Assembly (NCBI GenBank): GCA_035482045.1
Contig: DATHRD010000063.1
Coordinates: 2,541-66,540 of the forward strand
DNA: 64,000 bases
Direction of reading: 5' to 3'
DNA from: Thermoanaerobaculia bacterium
Lineage (GTDB): Bacteria > Acidobacteriota > Thermoanaerobaculia > Gp7-AA8
Part shown: piece after piece, positions 37,788-47,336 of the stretch
Position numbering within the stretch: the stretch's first letter is position 1
How the letters are laid out: every line of letters starts with the position of its first letter
Notes under the pieces: model-generated
What the model was told of the DNA's origin: nothing
The model's database searches: none
The model's input: only the letters and a program-made list of their open reading frames with translations
Position numbers and translations under genes: made by a program

Positions 37788-38573
37788 TCAGAGGTTCACC
37801 AACTCCAGATGCTCGATCTCTCTCTCCAGGAAATCGCCGGCGATCCGCCGGAACCTCTCCTCGGCGTCGGTGACGAGAAACGTGTGTTTCGACGCACCGG
37901 CTTGCCGCTCAGACAGGAGTGTCTGTGCCACATGCCGCGCGGTCGTCTCGGCGCTGTCGACGATGATCACATCCGGGCCGACGACCTGCTCGATCGTGCC
38001 GCGAAGGATCGGGTAGTGCGTGCAGCCGAGGACCAGCGTGTCGATGCCGGCGTCGAGCAGCGGCTCGAGGTAGACCTCAGCCACCTCGCGGGCCACGTGC
38101 GTGTTCGCCCATCCTTCCTCGGCCAGCGAGACGAAGAGCGGCGCGGCGGACTCGATCACCTCGATCGTTGCATCGAGACTCTTGATCGCGCGCGTATACG
38201 CCTTCGAACGCACGGTCCCCTCGGTGGCGATGACGCCGACCCGTCCGCGCGTCCGTTGCACCGCCGCCCGTGCCCCCGGCTCCACGACGCCGATGACCGG
38301 GATCGGCAGCGTCTCCTGCAACGCCGGGAGCGCCGCCGCTGTGGCCGTGTTGCACGCCACGACGAGCATGCCGATGCCGCGATCGAGGAGATGCGCGGCG
38401 GCCTGCAGCGAGTAACGGATCACCGTGTCGGCTGACTTCGTACCGTAGGGCACCCGGGCGGAATCGCCGAGGTAGATCAAGGAATGATGAGGGAGGGCGC
38501 GGGCGATCTCGCGGAAAACGGTGAGGCCGCCGACGCCCGAATCGAAGATGCCGACGCTAAACGGCATCGGCAT
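37788..38573 (-). CDS. murI: glutamate racemase
   Basis: FSVGIFDSGVGGLTVFREI...VVACNTA...LGCTHYP; one copy of the 25 bp hairpin element lies inside the CDS at 37905-37935. Confidence 0.9.
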   Translation of the reverse strand: MPMPFSVGIFDSGVGGLTVFREIARALPHHSLIYLGDSARVPYGTKSADTVIRYSLQAAAHLLDRGIGMLVVACNTATAAALPALQETLPIPVIGVVEPGARAAVQRTRGRVGVIATEGTVRSKAYTRAIKSLDATIEVIESAAPLFVSLAEEGWANTHVAREVAEVYLEPLLDAGIDTLVLGCTHYPILRGTIEQVVGPDVIIVDSAETTARHVAQTLLSERQAGASKHTFLVTDAEERFRRIAGDFLEREIEHLELVNL

Positions 38574-39960
38574 CTTCGGCCGCCACCATCGCCCCGCCAC
38601 CCTCGCGCTTGATGTTGTACTGCTCGATCTTCTTGTAGAGATTCGAGCGCGGCGTGTCGATCGCGTCCGCTGTCTTCGAGACGTTCCAGCCGTTCTCGCG
38701 CAGCTTGGCCAGGATGAAGGCCTTCTCCGCCTCGTCCTTGAAATCCTGCAGCGTGGCCAGGCGCATAGTCGAAGAGATGATGTCCGCCGCGGCGCGGAAG
38801 AACTCCGCGGGCAGATCGGAGATGTCGATCGCGTCGGCGGGAACCATGATCACGATCCGTTCGATCATGTTGCGCAACTCCCGGACGTTGCCGCGCCAGG
38901 CGGCTTCCTGCATCGCTTTCAGCGCCGAAGGCGTGAACTTCTTCCCATGCCGGTTGTACTGCTCTGAGAACAACGTGACGAAGTGCTGCACCAGGGCCGG
39001 AATGTCCTCTTTCCGCTCGCGCAGGGGCGGCGTGCGCACGGGGATGACGTTCAGGCGATAGAAGAGATCTTCGCGAAAACGTCCGGCACGGATCTCCTCC
39101 ACGATGTCCTTGTTCGTCGCGGCGATGACGCGCACGTCGACCTTGATCACGGTCGCCGAGCCGACCGGCTCGACTTCCCCTTCCTGGAGCACGCGCAACA
39201 CTTTCGCCTGCGTACGCAGCGACATGTCACCGACTTCGTCGAGAAAGATCGTCCCGCCGTCGGCGGCGACGAACTTTCCCGTCTGCTTCCGCACCGCGCC
39301 GGTGAACGATCCTTTCTCGTGGCCGAACAACTCCGATTCGATGAGCTCCTCGGGGATGGCCGCGCAGTTCACCTGGACGAACGGCAGGGCCGCGCGGGAC
39401 GACCGGCGGTGGATCTCCCGCGCCACCAGTTCCTTGCCGGTACCCGATTCTCCCGTGATCAGCACCGTCGCCTTCGTCGGCGCGGCCATCTCGATCTGGG
39501 CCCTCAGCTCGCGCATCGGCAACGAGTCACCGACGATCTGGTAGTCGCGGGCCTCGCGCTCGCGCAGCTCGCCGACCTCTTCCTCGAGCTTTTGCTGCCG
39601 GACGGCGTTGCGGACCGAGAGCAGGAGCTTGTCGCGGTTGAGCGGCTTCTCCAGGAAATCGAACGCGCCGCGCTTCGTACACTCGACCGCGGTGGAGATG
39701 TCGCCGTGTCCCGAGACCATGATCACCGGCGACGGCACCTTCTGCTCTTTCAGGTTGTCGAGGACTTCGATGCCGTCGAGCACAGGCATCTTGATATCCA
39801 GCAGGATGGCGTCGTACGGCGCCGCCGTGTGCGTCGCCTTCTCGATCCCGTCCTGCCCCGACCGCGCCTCGTCGATGCGGTACCCCTCGTACTCCAGCGT
39901 CATCCGGATCGCTTCCCGGATGGCGGTCTCGTCGTCGATCACCAGAATTCGAAACGCCAT
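38557..39960 (-). CDS. sigma-54-dependent response regulator (NtrC family: REC + AAA+ + HTH)
   Basis: MAFRILVIDDE...D55-type receiver; GESGTGKELVAREIH; GAFTGA; ESELFGHEKGSFTGA. Confidence 0.9.
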   Translation of the reverse strand: MAFRILVIDDETAIREAIRMTLEYEGYRIDEARSGQDGIEKATHTAAPYDAILLDIKMPVLDGIEVLDNLKEQKVPSPVIMVSGHGDISTAVECTKRGAFDFLEKPLNRDKLLLSVRNAVRQQKLEEEVGELREREARDYQIVGDSLPMRELRAQIEMAAPTKATVLITGESGTGKELVAREIHRRSSRAALPFVQVNCAAIPEELIESELFGHEKGSFTGAVRKQTGKFVAADGGTIFLDEVGDMSLRTQAKVLRVLQEGEVEPVGSATVIKVDVRVIAATNKDIVEEIRAGRFREDLFYRLNVIPVRTPPLRERKEDIPALVQHFVTLFSEQYNRHGKKFTPSALKAMQEAAWRGNVRELRNMIERIVIMVPADAIDISDLPAEFFRAAADIISSTMRLATLQDFKDEAEKAFILAKLRENGWNVSKTADAIDTPRSNLYKKIEQYNIKREGGGAMVAAEDADAV

Positions 39961-40007
39961 TCAGTTCCCTCGCTCGTGCATGAGTCCAGCCAATTGTAGG
40001 CGCTGGA

Positions 40008-40022
40008 CCGAGGTATCCTCGG
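40008..40022. promoter_or_regulatory. 15 bp perfect palindrome CCGAGGTATCCTCGG, 4 nt upstream of the ATG at 40027
   Basis: identical palindrome recurs at 40756-40770, 3 nt upstream of the ATG at 40774. Confidence 0.4.
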
Positions 40023-40026
40023 TGGG

Positions 40027-40563
40027 ATGCAGTTCACCAAGGTGCTGACCACCTTCGCCGACTTTTTCGAGCGCGAGAGGATTCGGTGGGCGATCGCCGG
40101 TGGCGTTGCCGTTGCCGCCTGGGGATACGAGCGTGGAACTCAGGACATAGATTTCGTGGTTTCGGGCGAGAATCGCGAGAAGGTGACGGCATTCGCAGAA
40201 TCGATCGGCTACGAGACGATTCACGCCTCCGAATCGTTTTCGAATCACATACATCCGTCGGAGGCGTTCGGACGCGTCGATGCGATTTATGTGAATGGCC
40301 GCACCGCGGAAGACATGTTCGCGGCGGCGACGAAGCGTGTCGCCGCCGGCACCATAGTTGCTCCCGTGATCAGTGCTGAGCACATCGCAATGATGAAAGC
40401 GTTCGCAATCAAGACAGATCCTACACGCCGGTATCGCGATGGGCGCGATGTCGAATTCCTGCTCACGGTCCAAGGCATCAATCGAGAGGCTGTTCGGAAT
40501 TACTTCGCCCGCTTCGGGCTGTTAGAGCTTTTCGATGACATCGACTCCGCAAGCAACCGATGA
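40027..40563 (+). CDS. nucleotidyltransferase-fold protein (pol-beta superfamily; G[GS]..x..D[IV]D motif)
   Basis: AIAGGVAVAAWGYERGTQDIDFVV; 178 aa. Confidence 0.5.
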   Translation: MQFTKVLTTFADFFERERIRWAIAGGVAVAAWGYERGTQDIDFVVSGENREKVTAFAESIGYETIHASESFSNHIHPSEAFGRVDAIYVNGRTAEDMFAAATKRVAAGTIVAPVISAEHIAMMKAFAIKTDPTRRYRDGRDVEFLLTVQGINREAVRNYFARFGLLELFDDIDSASNR

Positions 40564-40753
40564 CGACTTTGATCTGGAGCGCGATCTTCCGGTGACCGCT
40601 GCTGACATCGAGGCGCTCGATCGCGCCCGAAACATTCCACCTCTTGGATTCGAAAAATATCTGCAGTGGCTCAGCGAGGTTACGATCGCGCCAGACGGAC
40701 CTCGCCGAGCCTCGTGGCCAGACTCTCCTTTCGAGCTTTACTTTCCCGAATAG
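40535..40753 (+). CDS. small acidic hypothetical protein
   Basis: 72 aa ORF overlapping the NTase stop by 29 nt; ends ...DSPFELYFPE. Confidence 0.3.
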   Translation: MTSTPQATDDDFDLERDLPVTAADIEALDRARNIPPLGFEKYLQWLSEVTIAPDGPRRASWPDSPFELYFPE

Positions 40754-40755
40754 AG

Positions 40756-40770
40756 CCGAGGTATCCTCGG
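40756..40770. promoter_or_regulatory. second copy of the CCGAGGTATCCTCGG palindrome
   Basis: see 40008-40022. Confidence 0.4.
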
Positions 40771-40773
40771 CGG

Positions 40774-40965
40774 ATGAATCCCGTCGAGCAGTACATCCGC
40801 GACTATCTGAAGCTCGACCGGGACCTCACCTCTTCCGATTACGAAGAGGCCTTCTGCCGAATGTCGCGCGCGGAACGCGACGCGGCGGCCGACGTATTTG
40901 ACTCCGATCCGACGCAGATGTCGTTTGCCGAGGCCGTCGGGCGCAACGGTCCCTTCGAGCTCTAA
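40774..40965 (+). CDS. small acidic hypothetical protein
   Basis: 63 aa; ends ...NGPFEL, similar to the tail of the preceding small ORF. Confidence 0.3.
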   Translation: MNPVEQYIRDYLKLDRDLTSSDYEEAFCRMSRAERDAAADVFDSDPTQMSFAEAVGRNGPFEL

Positions 40966-40990
40966 ATCCTCAAGTACAATCCGCGCCGCT

Positions 40991-42451
40991 ATGGACGTCA
41001 CCATCACTCGTGAACCGAAGGTCGCGAAAGCGGATCATCTCTTTGTACTCATCGCCGAGAACAGCAAACCGGACGTCGCCTTCGCCGCGAAAGCGATGCA
41101 GGCCATCGCCGAGGCGGGCTTTACCGGCCGGGCGGAGGAATCGCTGACGACCGTCGCCGGCGAACCGAAGAAGATCACGCTCGTCGGCATCGGCAAGGAA
41201 GAAGCGCTGACCATTCGCGGCCTCCGCGCCGCCATCTACGGCATCGCCAGAACGGCGAAGAAGCAGCGCGACCGTGACATCATCGTCGTCCTCCCCTACG
41301 CGGTGCCGAAGCTCGGTATCGATGACACCACCCGCGTCGCCGCCGACGCCCTGGCCGCATCGGACTACAAGTACGACACCTACATCACGAAGAAGGACGA
41401 CAAGTCGCTGCCGATCAGCGCCTCGCTCGTACCCCCTCACGGCATCGACGCCAAGCACGCAAAGCTGCTCAACGACGAGGCGAAGGCCATCGCCGCCGGC
41501 GTGCGCACGGTGCGCGACCTCGGCAACGCGCCCGGCAACCTCGTCACCCCCACCTACCTCGGCCAGCGCGCCGAGGAGGTGGCCAAGAGTGTGGGCATCA
41601 AGTGCACCGTCTACGGAAGACGCGAAATCGAGAAGATGAAGATGGGCGGCCTGCTGGCCGTCAACCGCGGCTCAGCCGAGGAGCCCCGATTCATCGTCCT
41701 CGAATACGCGCCGCGCAAAGCGAAGAAACACGTCGCGCTGGTCGGCAAGGGCATCACCTTCGACTCCGGCGGCATCTCCATCAAACCGGCCGACAAGATG
41801 GAGGAGATGAAATTCGACATGTGCGGCGCCGCGGCCGTCATCGGCACGATCCAGGCGGCGGCAATGCTGGCCTTGCCGGTGCGCGTCACCGGCGTCATCG
41901 CCTCCACGGACAACCTCCCCAGCGGCAGCGCCTACAAGCCGGGCGACATCATCACGACGATGAGCGGCAAGACCGTCGAGATCGTGAATACCGATGCCGA
42001 AGGGCGCATGATCCTGAGCGATGCCCTGCACTACGCCTCGGAGCTCAAGCCCGATCACATCCTCGACTACGCCACGCTCACCGGCGCGTGCGTCGTCGCT
42101 CTGGCCAGCGAAGCGGCCGGACTCTTCTCCAATAACGACGAGCTGGCTCAGAAGTTGATTGCCTGTGGAGAGCGCGTCGGTGAGCGCCTCTGGAGACTTC
42201 CCGAGTGGGACGATTACAAGGAACTGATCCGCAGCGAATGGGCGGACATGAAAAACTCGGGCGGGCGATGGGGCGGAGCGATCACGGCGGCAGTCTTCCT
42301 GAAGGAGTTCGTCAATTGTCCATCGTGGGCGCATCTCGACATCGCCGGCACGGCGTACGCGGAGTCCGAAACAGCGCGCGAAGCGCGCGGAGCGACAGGC
42401 GCCGGCGTGCGCGTTACGGTGGCCTTTCTCGAATCGCTCTCGCGCTCCTGA
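40991..42451 (+). CDS. pepA: leucyl aminopeptidase (M17)
   Basis: NTDAEGRMILSDAL signature; VGKGITFDSGGISIKP; start MDVTITREPK. Confidence 0.92.
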   Translation: MDVTITREPKVAKADHLFVLIAENSKPDVAFAAKAMQAIAEAGFTGRAEESLTTVAGEPKKITLVGIGKEEALTIRGLRAAIYGIARTAKKQRDRDIIVVLPYAVPKLGIDDTTRVAADALAASDYKYDTYITKKDDKSLPISASLVPPHGIDAKHAKLLNDEAKAIAAGVRTVRDLGNAPGNLVTPTYLGQRAEEVAKSVGIKCTVYGRREIEKMKMGGLLAVNRGSAEEPRFIVLEYAPRKAKKHVALVGKGITFDSGGISIKPADKMEEMKFDMCGAAAVIGTIQAAAMLALPVRVTGVIASTDNLPSGSAYKPGDIITTMSGKTVEIVNTDAEGRMILSDALHYASELKPDHILDYATLTGACVVALASEAAGLFSNNDELAQKLIACGERVGERLWRLPEWDDYKELIRSEWADMKNSGGRWGGAITAAVFLKEFVNCPSWAHLDIAGTAYAESETAREARGATGAGVRVTVAFLESLSRS

Positions 42452-42495
42452 CCGCCTGCCTCGCCGGCGCTTGCGACGCGCGGAGCCCGGCGCAG

Positions 42496-43452
42496 ATGCG
42501 CCTCTCTCCGCCACCGCGCAGTGACGTCAACTTCGCCACCGTCGACTCACCGAGCCTGCAGTTTCTCCCCAGACAGCAGGAAGCGAAGATCTGGCGGCTC
42601 GACGAAGATCCGATCGTCATCCCCGGCGATCATCTCAACACGTACCTCGGACCGCTCGAAGCGCCGCTGTTCGTCAGGTACGACACGCTGGATCTGACCA
42701 TCGGCAAGTACAGCGAGCCGGGGACCGACGGCTTCGCCACGGTCGAGATCTTCCGCTTCCCCGATTTCGTGAAGGCGTTCGGCGCCTACTCGAAGCAAAA
42801 GAACGGCAATCTCCAATTCCTCAACATCCCGAACGAGTCATTCGCCAAAGTGCACTCCGTTCACGTCTGGCGCGGCCCGTTCTACGTGCGCATTACCGGT
42901 GCGGGGGCGGGCGACGCCATTCTTCGCCTGGCCACCTTCGTCTCCGACCGCATGCCGCCGGCACCGAACAAGCCGGCTGTCTTTGCGTTCCTGCCCGACC
43001 TGCAACGCGTACCGGGCAGCGAGCGCTATTCGGCCGACTCGGCATTCGGGCAGTCGTACCTCGGCAATTCGTTTCAGGCGACGTTCAAGGTCGACAACGA
43101 TGTCATCGAGGGGATCGTCATCCCCGCGGCGAACAAGCAGGCCGCCTCGAACATCCTCGATCAGTACAAGGGGCTCTACCTGCACAACGGCAAGCTGCTC
43201 GATCCGATCCCGAACCTCGGCGAGGACAACTTCACCGCCGAGGACCGCTTCCTCGGGCGCGTCGTCGCCTTCCGCATCGATCGCTTCGTCGTCGCCTTCA
43301 ACGGCTTTCACGAGCGCCAGCACCTTCTCGACCTCGCCACCGCCGCCGACCAGCGCATCCTCGGCACGATCCGCAAGCAACTGGTCACCGCGGACAACGA
43401 CGCGGAGAACGCGAACACGTCGACAGCGCCTCCGTGGGCGCGGAAACACTAA
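42496..43452 (+). CDS. hypothetical protein, possibly a lipoprotein if translation starts upstream at a non-ATG codon
   Basis: in-frame upstream LSRIALALLTACLAGAC resembles a lipoprotein signal/lipobox, but no canonical start codon precedes it. Confidence 0.4.
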   Translation: MRLSPPPRSDVNFATVDSPSLQFLPRQQEAKIWRLDEDPIVIPGDHLNTYLGPLEAPLFVRYDTLDLTIGKYSEPGTDGFATVEIFRFPDFVKAFGAYSKQKNGNLQFLNIPNESFAKVHSVHVWRGPFYVRITGAGAGDAILRLATFVSDRMPPAPNKPAVFAFLPDLQRVPGSERYSADSAFGQSYLGNSFQATFKVDNDVIEGIVIPAANKQAASNILDQYKGLYLHNGKLLDPIPNLGEDNFTAEDRFLGRVVAFRIDRFVVAFNGFHERQHLLDLATAADQRILGTIRKQLVTADNDAENANTSTAPPWARKH

Positions 43453-43461
43453 CCCAGCCGG

Positions 43462-45042
43462 TCACTCCACCGCGAAATCGCGCCGCACGAAACCAAGCGA
43501 CCGCGTACCGGTGATCCGCAGCAGCACCTTCGCGGCGTACTTCCCTGCCGGAAGCTCGAACGGCTCACGGAGCGTAAGATAGCCTGTGTTCACACGCCCG
43601 GCGCCGCTGAAATTGATCCGCTTGGCCTTGAATCCGACCGCCCGGCCGTGCTCATCGAAGATATAAAGCAGGATGTCGACGCCCGGCGATTGATCGGAAA
43701 GCTGCGGCACGACCTCGGCGCGGGCGAAGCTCACCGCCACCTCCGCCCCACCCTCGTACGTCCTCACGCCGGCGTTCAGCGACACTCCCGCCTGCGGCAC
43801 GTCGTTGAGCAGGATGTCGGCGAGCTGCAGGGAATCGAGCGCCGGTTTCCGCGGCGTATATCCGAAGCCTTCGCGGTACGAAACCTCCGCGCCGCGGGGC
43901 AGGCCGCTCACCCGAACGGAGATGCGCCCGCTGGAGCGGTCTCTCTGACGGAATCCGAGCACGTACACAACCCGCTGCTCCTGGACCAGCGTGTCAACCG
44001 CCTCGACGAGATTGTTGCGGTTGACGATCACGCGGCCGCCGGTGCCGCGGGAGAGCATGTAAAGCGCATCGTTTTCGAGATCGGTGAACGTGTGACGGAG
44101 GCCCTTGATGTCGATGCTGTCGAGCGTCACGCCGGCCGAGACGAACGTCTCGTGCATCTGTTTCACGAGATCGAGAAGATGCGCGTCCAGGTTCGGCGGA
44201 CGCCCCTTTGCCTTGATGTCGGTGATGCGGGTGGAATCAAAGCCCTCGGTGAAGACGAGGAGATGCTTCTGTCCTTCGAGCGCGCCGAAGCGCGCGGCGG
44301 CCTCGCCGAGGCCCTCGAGCTGAAACTCGATCAAGCGATTCCGAGGCGCAGCCATCGCGTCCTGATTGGCCTGACCGCCCTTGAGCTGGTCCACCACTTC
44401 ACTTCCGAGAAACGATGACAGGTCATCGTCCGAGCCACTGACTGCTCCGCCCTGCTCCATTGTCGTAACCCACTGGGCTCGCTCGGCGCTGGCCAGGGCC
44501 ACACCGAGGGGGTCTTGTGCCTCGCTGCTCTTGAGCGTGTAGATCGACCGTGCCACCGCCACGCGGTCGGCAAGGAAGGGCGAGAGAAAATGCACACCGC
44601 GGGTTGATGAGTACGTGGCCACCGAGAAGAAGTCGGTGGCGGGATTCGAATGCACAACCGCCTGTTCCGCCGCTTTCTGTGCGCGGCCGATGCTGCCCGG
44701 CGTCGCGAATGTGAGGTCGAACAGCAGCAGATAGAGCCGGCGCTCGCGGCGAGGGCGCTCAGCCGCCACGGGCGCACCAGCCTGCGCGGATGCGAAGTCA
44801 AACGTGTCGAAGTACTCGATGGGTTGCGGATGCCCGTCGATCGATAGTTGAAACGCATCCCTGGTCAGCCCGGTGACCGGCTTGCCGTCGCTGGTCGTGA
44901 CGTACACCGGCACCTGCACGACTTCCACGGTCACGCTCTCGCGGACTTGTGCGCTCGCCGAGAGCGCACAGGCGGCGAGCAGGATGATTCCCAGCGCCCG
45001 CAACGACAGGCTACTCCCCCACCGTGAAGTCTTCGCGGGCAA
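43462..45042 (-). CDS. VWFA-related acidobacterial domain protein (von Willebrand A-like), secreted
   Basis: signal peptide; RRLYLLLFDLTFATPGSIGRAQKAAEQ... VWA-like core; tandem paralog follows. Confidence 0.65.
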   Translation of the reverse strand: MPAKTSRWGSSLSLRALGIILLAACALSASAQVRESVTVEVVQVPVYVTTSDGKPVTGLTRDAFQLSIDGHPQPIEYFDTFDFASAQAGAPVAAERPRRERRLYLLLFDLTFATPGSIGRAQKAAEQAVVHSNPATDFFSVATYSSTRGVHFLSPFLADRVAVARSIYTLKSSEAQDPLGVALASAERAQWVTTMEQGGAVSGSDDDLSSFLGSEVVDQLKGGQANQDAMAAPRNRLIEFQLEGLGEAAARFGALEGQKHLLVFTEGFDSTRITDIKAKGRPPNLDAHLLDLVKQMHETFVSAGVTLDSIDIKGLRHTFTDLENDALYMLSRGTGGRVIVNRNNLVEAVDTLVQEQRVVYVLGFRQRDRSSGRISVRVSGLPRGAEVSYREGFGYTPRKPALDSLQLADILLNDVPQAGVSLNAGVRTYEGGAEVAVSFARAEVVPQLSDQSPGVDILLYIFDEHGRAVGFKAKRINFSGAGRVNTGYLTLREPFELPAGKYAAKVLLRITGTRSLGFVRRDFAVE

Positions 45043-46588
45043 ATGCCAGCGTGTCGTGACCGTCGAGCCGCACGAGGACCTTCATAGCATAGGTTCCGGG
45101 CAGCAGGTCGAATGATTGCGACATCTCGACGTTTCCGCCGTCGAGGCCGCCCGCTCGTGCGCGCGTCACGTCGACGTCGATGTCCTTCTGCGCGAAGGAA
45201 ACCGACGTCTGGCCCGCGAAGACGTAGATCAGTGCCTGACCCTTCACGTTCAGGTCGTCACTCGCGAGCGCCAGCAACTCCCGGCCCGGCAAGGCGATCT
45301 TCACCGTGGCCTTTTTCGGGGCGGTAGCGACCGCGGTCGTCATCGTGATTCCGTTCTGCGGGATATCGTTGGTCACGATGTCGGCCAGGCGGAGAGCGTC
45401 GTTCGTCGATGGCTTGTCCGCGATCGACGAGTACGACTCGCGATAGGACACGTAGGAGCCCCGCGGCGCGCCGTTGACTTTCACGGCGATGTCATTCTGC
45501 TTCCGGCCGGTGTCCGGCGCATGAAAACCGAGGACGTAGACCACCTGCTGTGAATCGGTGAGTTGCTGAAGGGCCGCTTTCAGGTCATTGCGATCCTCGA
45601 CCACCTGGCCTCCCGTATCGGCAACCGTGACGTGCAATGCCTCGTTGAACGCCCGGCCGGAAGCACGGAGTCCACCGATGTCGATGGCGTCGAGGAACAC
45701 ACCGGCGGAGGCGAACTCCTTCTGCATCCTGAATTGTGATTGAACAATCCGCGAATCAAACCCGCGATAGTCGAATTGCCGCGTTCCGTGAGAGGCCGTG
45801 AGCTGCTCCATCGGTCCCGAACGGGGGCCGTCGGTGGGCGGGTGGGCGCCATTCAAGAGCAGGAAGCTGCTGAACCCTTTCGACAGCAGCACGACGTGCT
45901 TGTATCCCTCCATCGGCGCCAGCCGTTCCGCGAGCTGGCCGAGCGCCTCGAATTGATCATCGACCCGGCGGCGCGCCGCTTCGGCCACGAGCTCGGCGGC
46001 GATTCCCGCTCCCGCTCTTTGCAGGTCGCGGATTTCCGAAGCGTCATCGTTGATCAGCGCCATCCGTTCGCCCGGCGAGATCGTCAGCCGCAGCGGATCG
46101 TTGGGCGAAGCCGCGCTGAAGCTGGCCACCGCTCGGCGGAGGGCAGCCTGATCGCGCGTGAACGGCACGATGAACTCGACGTCGTCATCCCGGTTGAGCA
46201 GCGCCACGGCGAAGTAGTCGCTCGGCTGCGCGGCAGTCAGATACTGCTCCGCGGCAAGTTTGGCGCGTTGCATCGAGAACGGCGCCGCGTTGGCGAGATC
46301 GAACGTCAGCACGTAGAGACGCCGCTGCCGCGGGTCCCGCGTCTGCTCCGCGGAGAGAGAGGCGAAATCGACCACATCGAAGTAGTCGATCTTCTGGGTA
46401 CGGCCATTGACCCGCAACGTGAAGTCGTCGCGCGTCAGACCGCGCACCGTGGCACCGGCGCTGGTGACGTAGACCGGCACTTGCACCACTTCCACCGTCG
46501 TCGTCTCGCGATGCTGCGGCGCGGCGAAGGCCAGCGGTCCGAGGGTGAGAAAGAGAACTGCGGGAAGGAGCACGCGGGCGAATCGCAT
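45011..46588 (-). CDS. VWFA-related acidobacterial domain protein, paralog
   Basis: start MRFARVLLPAVLFLTLGPLAFAAPQ; RRLYVLTFDLANAAPFSMQRAKLAAEQ... Confidence 0.65.
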   Translation of the reverse strand: MRFARVLLPAVLFLTLGPLAFAAPQHRETTTVEVVQVPVYVTSAGATVRGLTRDDFTLRVNGRTQKIDYFDVVDFASLSAEQTRDPRQRRLYVLTFDLANAAPFSMQRAKLAAEQYLTAAQPSDYFAVALLNRDDDVEFIVPFTRDQAALRRAVASFSAASPNDPLRLTISPGERMALINDDASEIRDLQRAGAGIAAELVAEAARRRVDDQFEALGQLAERLAPMEGYKHVVLLSKGFSSFLLLNGAHPPTDGPRSGPMEQLTASHGTRQFDYRGFDSRIVQSQFRMQKEFASAGVFLDAIDIGGLRASGRAFNEALHVTVADTGGQVVEDRNDLKAALQQLTDSQQVVYVLGFHAPDTGRKQNDIAVKVNGAPRGSYVSYRESYSSIADKPSTNDALRLADIVTNDIPQNGITMTTAVATAPKKATVKIALPGRELLALASDDLNVKGQALIYVFAGQTSVSFAQKDIDVDVTRARAGGLDGGNVEMSQSFDLLPGTYAMKVLVRLDGHDTLAFAREDFTVGE

Positions 46589-46747
46589 CAGTAACCCCCT
46601 CGGCTCGTCGTGATGTCCGTCAGACGTCCAACGCCGCTGCGTGCCGGTCGTGTGCCACAGGGTGGAGGTCCTTCGTTCAGGCAGCATCGTTCGCACCCCT
46701 CCCGCGCTGTCCGCCCCTCGGGGCGAATCGTCACCTGTAGCGGACGG

Positions 46748-47224
46748 TCAGGCGCGCTCCCACGTTCCGCTCTTGCCGCCCGACTTGCGCACGAGCTGGA
46801 GCGATTCGATGCTGATGCCCTTCTCGGCGCTCTTGCACATGTCGTAGATCGTCAGCGCGGCCACGGCGCAGGCGGTCATGGCCTCCATCTCCACGCCCGT
46901 CTTTCCCTCGCAGCGGACGATGGAGCGGACTTCGATCGTGCCGGTGTCCTGATCGAGATCGAACGTGATGTCGACCGAGGTGATGGCCAGCGGATGCGCG
47001 AGCGGGATCAGATTCGGCGTCTGTTTGGCGGCCAGAACTCCCGCCACCTTGGCCGTCGTGAGCACATCGCCCTTCGGCAGCGCCTGCTCCACCAGCTTGC
47101 GCAACGTCTCCGGCGACATCCGCACGGTCGCCAGCGCCACCGCCTCACGCGATGTGTTGCGCTTCGAGCCCACGTCGACCATGGAGATGCCGCCAGTGTC
47201 GTCGAGATGAGAAAAGTCGGTCAT
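46748..47224 (-). CDS. moaC: cyclic pyranopterin monophosphate synthase
   Basis: MVDVGSK..TSREAVA...NLIPLAHPL...EMEAMTACAVAALTIYDMCK. Confidence 0.92.
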   Translation of the reverse strand: MTDFSHLDDTGGISMVDVGSKRNTSREAVALATVRMSPETLRKLVEQALPKGDVLTTAKVAGVLAAKQTPNLIPLAHPLAITSVDITFDLDQDTGTIEVRSIVRCEGKTGVEMEAMTACAVAALTIYDMCKSAEKGISIESLQLVRKSGGKSGTWERA

Positions 47225-47227
47225 GTC

Positions 47228-47336
47228 AGCTCAGAAGGATGAAGGATGAAGGATGAACGGTGAAAGCGTGAAGCAGACAAGAGCTTACCTCTTCATCACC
47301 TTCATTCTTCATCCTTCACTCTTCACTCTTCATCCT
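47228..47336. repeat. imperfect hairpin built from (GAAGGATGAA)n / (TTCATCCTTC)n repeats between mobA stop and moaC start
   Basis: GAAGGATGAAGGATGAAGGATGAACGG ... CTTCATCCTTCACTCTTCACTCTTCATCCTTCACC. Confidence 0.55.
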
